Assembly: GCA_900234795.1 (NCBI GenBank)
Contig: LT962688.1
Coordinates: forward strand, 1,890,001-1,922,000
DNA from: Methylorubrum extorquens
Lineage (GTDB): Bacteria; Pseudomonadota; Alphaproteobacteria; Rhizobiales; Beijerinckiaceae
Length of the DNA: 32,000 nucleotides
Direction of reading: 5' to 3'
The number at the start of each line of letters is the position of its first letter. Position 1 is the stretch's first letter. The notes under the pieces were generated by a model. The model worked only from the letters and a program-made list of their open reading frames with translations, was not told the origin of the DNA and did no database searches. The position numbers and the translations under genes are program-made. Shown here one piece after another: positions 27,571 to 32,000 of the stretch.

Positions 27571-28383
27571 TCAGTGGCTCATCAGGCAGCAGACGGGTGC
27601 GCCGGCCAGGAGGTCGCGGGTGACGCCGCCGAAGACCCATTCGCGCAGGCGGCCATGGCCGTAGGCGCCCGTGACGATCAGGTCCGCGGCCTGCTCGGCT
27701 GCCGCATCCACCAGGGCCAGAGAGGTCGCGCTGCCGCCCGTCTCCTTGCGGATCGCGGTGGCCTCGATGTCATGGGCCTGCAGGAACCCGACGACGTCGG
27801 CCGTGTCGTCCGCGCTCTCTCCGTCGTCGATCGAGACGACGACGACGCGGGAGGCCCGCGTCAGGAACGGCAGCGCGTCCCTGACCGCGCGGCGGGCTTC
27901 GCGGGTGTTCTTCCACCCGACTGCAACCCGCCGGACGTCGAGGTGGTCGAGGCCGGGCGGCACCACCAGGACCGGGCGGCCGAGATGCATCACGAGATCG
28001 CCCGGATCGACCGAGCACAGAAGCGGGCCGGATGCCGGCTTGCGGCCGACCACGACGAGATCGGCGGCCGCGGCCTGCCCGATCAGGAACGGCAGCGGGA
28101 AGTCGAGATTCGAGCGCCACTCGACGCGGCTGCGGGTGCCCACCGCCTCTTCGAAGACGGCATGGGCCCGTTTGAGATCGTTCAGGATGAGTTCGCTGTT
28201 GGCGGCCAGCGCGTAGGCGCTCGCCGGCACCGGGCCGATGGGCGGGACGGCATAAGAGGCCTCTTCCGCCGCCACGCCGATCAGCCGGGCGCGAAAGTCG
28301 TCGGCGAGATGGCCGGCGAGGCGCACGCGGTCGCGCGCCTCCGCCCCGAGATCGACGGCCACCATGATGCTGGCATAGGTCAT
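27571..28383 (-). CDS. tandem universal stress protein
   Basis: MTYASIMVAVDLG...RVAVGWKNTREARRAVRDALPFLTRASRVVVVSI...DLIVTGAYGHGRLREWVFGGVTRDLL. ATG 28381-28383 is preferred over TTG 28464. Confidence 0.88.
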   Translation of the reverse strand: MTYASIMVAVDLGAEARDRVRLAGHLADDFRARLIGVAAEEASYAVPPIGPVPASAYALAANSELILNDLKRAHAVFEEAVGTRSRVEWRSNLDFPLPFLIGQAAAADLVVVGRKPASGPLLCSVDPGDLVMHLGRPVLVVPPGLDHLDVRRVAVGWKNTREARRAVRDALPFLTRASRVVVVSIDDGESADDTADVVGFLQAHDIEATAIRKETGGSATSLALVDAAAEQAADLIVTGAYGHGRLREWVFGGVTRDLLAGAPVCCLMSH

Positions 28384-29290
28384 GAGAGAGTTCCTGCCGG
28401 ACGAGGGTGACGGGCGGGAGCGCGGCGTCGTGCCGAGAGTGAATCCCGTGCGGATTCGGAGCAAGGGGGGGGCAGGTTCGCGACGCGTATCCGAGATCCC
28501 TGTTCGATCCGGCCCAGGGAACCGGGTCGCGTCGTATCCCCGCGCTCGGCTCCGGCTTGGCCCGCGCGGCGTGATCGGGGAGGTGCAGGTAGCCGGGGTC
28601 GAAGCCTGCGAAGGCGATGAGGGGGGCGGGCTGAGGAACGGCCGCCGCGCCTCGGTTCAGGGTGATCAGCCGCGCAGCCTGGAGGGCATGCAGCACCCGG
28701 CTGACATGCACCGTGGAGAGCGCCGCGATGTCGGCGATCACCACCTGCCGGACGCCGCTGGCGAAGCACTCCTCCATATCCCTGCCGGGGGCCTGCGACC
28801 GTGCCCGCACCTCGCAGATGAGGTGGGCGATCCGCCGCTCCGCCTCCCAGCCGGCATTGATCAGCCATTGCTGCCCGATGCCGAGTTCGACGAGCGTCAG
28901 CCACCACAGCGCCCGCTCGATGCCGGGATGGCTCCGGATCAGGCTGTCGATCGTGCCGGACGGGATGTCGGCAACGGTGCAAGGGGACAGCGCTTCGATG
29001 GTGCCCGGCAACGGGTCCGCCGCGCCGCGGCCCGTGCTGCAGAGGTCGCCGGGAAAGTACAGGGCGAGGATCCGGCGCGTGCCGTCGGGCAGCATCGCGG
29101 CGCGGCAGGCGACGCCGTCCACGATCAGGTGCGCGCCGCCCGCCTTCTGCCCGTCGCGGATGTCGGTTCGGGCCGGCACCAGCCGTTCCTGCGGCGCGAG
29201 GGCGAGGAGGGCCCGACGCTCCGCCACGCCGAGCAGGGCGGCCTCGTCCAGCCGCCGGACGAGCCATGCCAATGGGGTCATCGACTGCAT
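27770..29290 (-). CDS. Crp/Fnr-family regulator. The domain ends near 28585, but the frame has no stop until 27770
   Basis: The cNMP-like part reads GQKAGGAHLIVDGVACRAAMLPDGTRRILALYFPGDL, and the HTH reads VRQVVIADIAALSTVHVSRVLHALQAARLI. The family-typical end is FAGFDPGYLHL. ATG 29290 has GAGGA upstream. The 3' end is doubtful because the frame overlaps the usp gene by 614 nt. Confidence 0.65.
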   Translation of the reverse strand: MQSMTPLAWLVRRLDEAALLGVAERRALLALAPQERLVPARTDIRDGQKAGGAHLIVDGVACRAAMLPDGTRRILALYFPGDLCSTGRGAADPLPGTIEALSPCTVADIPSGTIDSLIRSHPGIERALWWLTLVELGIGQQWLINAGWEAERRIAHLICEVRARSQAPGRDMEECFASGVRQVVIADIAALSTVHVSRVLHALQAARLITLNRGAAAVPQPAPLIAFAGFDPGYLHLPDHAARAKPEPSAGIRRDPVPWAGSNRDLGYASRTCPPLAPNPHGIHSRHDAALPPVTLVRQELSHDLCQHHGGRRSRGGGARPRAPRRPSRRRLSRPADRRGGGRGLLCRPAHRPGAGERLRAGRQQRTHPERSQTGPCRLRRGGGHPQPRRVALESRLPAAVPDRAGRGRRSRRGRPQAGIRPASVLGRSGRSRDASRPPGPGGAARPRPPRRPAGCSRVEEHPRSPPRGQGRAAVPDAGLPRRRRLDRRRRERGRHGRRRRVPAGP

Positions 29291-29301
29291 CCGAGCCGTC
29301 C

Positions 29302-29778
29302 TCAAGGCGACTTGATGTCGATGCGCTTGGCTTCCGGCGGCGTCACGGCCGCCTTGGGCAGCGTCACCGTCAGGATCCCCTTATCCATGCTCGCCTGGAT
29401 GTCCTCGGCCTTGATGCCGGCGGGCAGTTCCAGGGCACGCACGAAGGCGCCGTAGGCGCGCTCCGTGACCTTGCGGGCGCCTTCGGTCTGCTCCCGCTCC
29501 TGCCGCTTCTCGCCGCTGATGACGAGGGTGTCGTCGGCCAGTTCGATCCGCACGTCGTCCCGCGCGAGACCCGGCAATTCGGCGGTGATTTCGACCCGCC
29601 CGTCCTTCTCGACGACATCCATGCGCGGCGCCGCGCCGCCCTGGAAGAACGGAAGGCCGAAGCGCAGATCGCCGAACATCTGCTCCGCCACGCGCTGCAG
29701 GGGCGGCGCCGCGGCGCTCGCGTCGGTCGAGGGCGCGTGGGTGTGGCGGCCGAGGGTGAGGAGGGATTTGAGATTCAT
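29302..29778 (-). CDS. Hsp20/alpha-crystallin small heat-shock protein
   Basis: The alpha-crystallin domain reads PRMDVVEKDGRVEITAELPGLARDDVRIELADDTLVISGEKRQE...ERAYGAFVRALELPAGIKAEDIQASMDKGILTVTLPK. Confidence 0.92.
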   Translation of the reverse strand: MNLKSLLTLGRHTHAPSTDASAAAPPLQRVAEQMFGDLRFGLPFFQGGAAPRMDVVEKDGRVEITAELPGLARDDVRIELADDTLVISGEKRQEREQTEGARKVTERAYGAFVRALELPAGIKAEDIQASMDKGILTVTLPKAAVTPPEAKRIDIKSP

Positions 29779-29846
29779 GGATCATCTCCCGTCATGCGGC
29801 TGGTCGGCCGTTCGGGAGAGACTGCCGTCCGGGCGCAGGCTCGGCG

Positions 29847-29860
29847 TTGAGATGGATCAA
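29847..29860 (-). promoter_or_regulatory. FixK/FNR box upstream of hsp20
   Basis: TTGAGATGGATCAA matches 9 of 10 positions of TTGAT-N4-ATCAA. It is centred about 75 nt upstream of the hsp20 ATG. Confidence 0.6.
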
Positions 29861-30309
29861 GCGGGCGGCGGCCATGTTGGTGGCCGGCTCACCCCTGTCA
29901 TCGAAAGCATCGCCCCGAGCGCCGGCCCATGTCGGAAGCAGGCGATGACGCCGAACACCTCGATTGACACCCGGCGCCGGGCCAGATGGAAAGCCGGGTC
30001 GGGCGCCACGGCGAGACCGTATCCGGGCTCCGGATAGAGTTCCTGCAACACGTCGTAATAGGACGACAGCACCGCCCGGTCCCAGGCCAGGAGTCGATCC
30101 GTCGGGCGCAGCCGCCGCAGCCTTCCGTCGGCGGCGGGGCGCTCCAGGGCGACGTAATCGGTCTCGACGAGGCGGGCGAAGAGATCGTCGATCTTCGCAA
30201 CGGGTTAATGGGAGCGTGCCGGTTTTTGCAGCGTCCTGGTGATGGCGCCGTGCGTTCTCGCGGGGGACGAGGCCGGCGGTCGAGCGCCACCCCCTGCCAG
30301 AGGCTCCGT
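29857..30309 (-). pseudogene. ORF interrupted by an in-frame TAA (30205-30207), possibly a winged-helix regulator remnant
   Basis: The same frame reads ...ARTHGAITRTLQKPARSH*PVAKIDDLFARLVETDYVALERPAADGRLRRLRPTDRLLAWDRAVLSSYYDVLQELYPEPGYGLAVAPDPAFHLARRRVSIEVFGVIACF... The only valid start after the stop is GTG 30072. Confidence 0.3.
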
Positions 30310-30316
30310 CAAACGC

Positions 30317-31579
30317 TCAGCCGCGGGCCTCCTGCACCTGCCCGGTCTTCCACTGGAACGGCGGCTCGGTGCCGTTGACCGCGTAATCGCCGACGACGCG
30401 GTCCTTGAAGATGCGCGGATTGTGCGAGGCGATCGTGCGGGCGTTGCGCCAGTGGCGATCCAGGGCGTGGCGGCGGCTGGTCGCCGAGGCGCCGAGCGCG
30501 TCGAACAGGATCGTGCCGGCATCCAGCACGAGGCCGGTCAGCACGCTCTGCGCCTGGGCCAGCTCGATCTCCGCCGCCACGTTGATCGCGTGGCTTTCCG
30601 CTTCGGACAGGCCCGCGACCCGCGCCTCGTAGGCCCGCTGCACGGCCTGCGCCGCTTGAAGGGTGATCGCACCCGCCGCGTAGGCGAGGCTGTGAACCCG
30701 GCCCACGACTTGGAGCACCTGCGGGTCGGCGCTGGGGCGCGCTCCTGCGGCGTGGGAATAGGTGCGGTTACGCTCGCGCACCGCCTGGGCGACCTCGCCC
30801 GCCGCCGCCCGGGCGATGCCGGTGAGGGTGGCCAGATGCACCGCCTGGAAGAAGGCAGGGCCATAGGGGAAACGCTCCGCCGTCGGCAGCGGCTCGCCGA
30901 TGGCGGGGGCGTCCTCGAACAGGGCGGTGCCGCTGGCGGTGAGCCGCTGGCCGAACCCGTCCCAATCGTCGATGATCTCGACGCCCGCGGCTTTGGCCGG
31001 CACCACCACCGAGGTTTCCTCCCCCGCCTCGCCGGTGCCGACGACGTCGATCCAGTCGGCGAAGAGCGAGCCCGTGGTGTAGTACTTTTTGCCCGTCAGC
31101 CCCCAGCGCGCGCCGCTGCGGTGGATGCAGGTCTCGAAGGTGCCGACGGCGGCGGTCCCGGTCTCGGACCACGCGCCGCCGAACAGGTCGCCGGCCGCGA
31201 GGCGTTCGATCCACTGCGTTCGGCGCTCCCCCGCCGGACTGCCGACCGTGTCCTCGGCGAAACCGAAATGGTTGCGCAGGGCCTGCGGCAGGTTGGAATC
31301 GGCTTGTCCCAGTTCGGCCAGCAACGCGAACAGGTCGGGCAGGCTCGCGCCGAAGCCGCCCTCGTCCTCCGCCACCCGCAGGGCGCCGAAGCGAGCTTCC
31401 TTCAGCCATCCGATCGCCGCATGGGGCAGATCGCGGTCCTGCTCGCGCGCGACCGCCCCCTCGCGGATGCGGGCGAAGACGGGCCGGAAGCGCGCGGCGA
31501 GGGCCTCGTAGCGCGGGCTCGGGGGCGTGCCCCAAGCGGTCCAAGGGGCGGTCGACCGGGCGGCGTCGGGTTCACTCAT
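30317..31579 (-). CDS. acyl-CoA-dehydrogenase-fold flavin oxidoreductase, SfnB/DszC-like
   Basis: The acyl-CoA dehydrogenase fold is visible across the 420 aa. The C-terminus LDRHWRNARTIASHNPRIFKDRVVGDYAVNG is characteristic of SfnB-type sulfur-acquisition oxidoreductases. Confidence 0.88.
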   Translation of the reverse strand: MSEPDAARSTAPWTAWGTPPSPRYEALAARFRPVFARIREGAVAREQDRDLPHAAIGWLKEARFGALRVAEDEGGFGASLPDLFALLAELGQADSNLPQALRNHFGFAEDTVGSPAGERRTQWIERLAAGDLFGGAWSETGTAAVGTFETCIHRSGARWGLTGKKYYTTGSLFADWIDVVGTGEAGEETSVVVPAKAAGVEIIDDWDGFGQRLTASGTALFEDAPAIGEPLPTAERFPYGPAFFQAVHLATLTGIARAAAGEVAQAVRERNRTYSHAAGARPSADPQVLQVVGRVHSLAYAAGAITLQAAQAVQRAYEARVAGLSEAESHAINVAAEIELAQAQSVLTGLVLDAGTILFDALGASATSRRHALDRHWRNARTIASHNPRIFKDRVVGDYAVNGTEPPFQWKTGQVQEARG

Positions 31580-31610
31580 CGACTGTCTCGTTCGGTGAAG
31601 GACAAAGGTT

Positions 31611-32000
31611 TCAGTGTCGGGTCCCGGCCTCGGCGCCGCCGAGGTAGAGCGCGCCGAGCCGTCCGCTCGCGGCGAGGTCCGCGCTGGAGCCGGAGGCCAC
31701 CACGCGCCCGCTCTCGAGCACGACGGCGCGGTGGGCGACCTCGAGCACGAGGTTGGCGTTCTGCTCGGCGACGAGGACGCTCATCCCCTCCTCGCGGTTG
31801 AGCCGGGCGACGATCGCGAAGATCTCGGCGACGATGATCGGCGCGAGCCCCATGGAGGGCTCGTCGAGCAGGAGCAGGGTCGGGCGGGTCATCAGGGCGC
31901 GCCCGATCGCCACCATCTGCTGCTCGCCGCCGGAGGTCAGGCCGGCTTTCGCCCCGCGCCGCTGCTTCAGGCGGGGAAACCACGCGTAGATCCGCTCCAG
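31611..32000 (-). CDS. livF: branched-chain amino acid ABC transporter ATPase (LivF-like), 5'-truncated by the window end
   Basis: The frame is open to the window edge. It reads [54 protein letters not shown]...[14 protein letters not shown], which carries the ABC signature, Walker B and the H-loop region. Confidence 0.88.
   Translation of the reverse strand: MERIYAWFPRLKQRRGAKAGLTSGGEQQMVAIGRALMTRPTLLLLDEPSMGLAPIIVAEIFAIVARLNREEGMSVLVAEQNANLVLEVAHRAVVLESGRVVASGSSADLAASGRLGALYLGGAEAGTRH

Noticed and set aside
28382-29455. A 357-aa plus-strand ORF
   Set aside because: It is antisense to the Crp-family gene and the hsp20 3' end, and has no motifs.
30239-31801. A 520-aa plus-strand ORF
   Set aside because: It is antisense to the SfnB-like gene and the LivF 3' end. 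It has long R/G/A runs and no domain.

Overview
High-GC window, probably from an alphaproteobacterium of the Rhizobiales (Methylobacterium-like). The taxon is inferred from gene content and motifs, not from any search. All family names below come from reading motifs in the translations. No homology search was possible.

The window splits into two parts.

(1) 1 to about 11.7 kb looks accessory:
- several small hypothetical genes, including three DUF6894-like paralogs
- two paralogous 47-83 aa genes interleaved with a PraR/PhrR-like XRE regulator and an orphan receiver protein
- a roughly 500 bp AT-rich islet carrying a 4-Cys zinc-ribbon ORF
- a three-gene operon preceded by an exact alpha-type LexA box and ending in an SRAP/YedK peptidase
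- a FecI-FecR-TonB-dependent transducer iron module
- decayed ORFs, followed by a 47 nt 3' fragment of a tRNA(CAU) that looks like an att scar

(2) 11.9 to 32 kb looks like backbone:
- a Zn-dependent alcohol dehydrogenase
- an orphan TadE/TadE/TadG-like trio
- a hybrid histidine kinase convergent with a REC-HD-GYP regulator
- FixL-FixJ-FixK, surrounded by five FNR/FixK-type boxes. The boxes sit in front of two of the three tandem-USP genes, an hsp20-crp-usp operon, a small-membrane-protein plus BON bicistron, and a site far upstream of fixK
- a host-attachment-family gene
- an SfnB-like flavin oxidoreductase
- the 3' end of a LivF-like ABC ATPase

Many long ORFs in the six-frame track are antisense artefacts of the high G+C content and were rejected.
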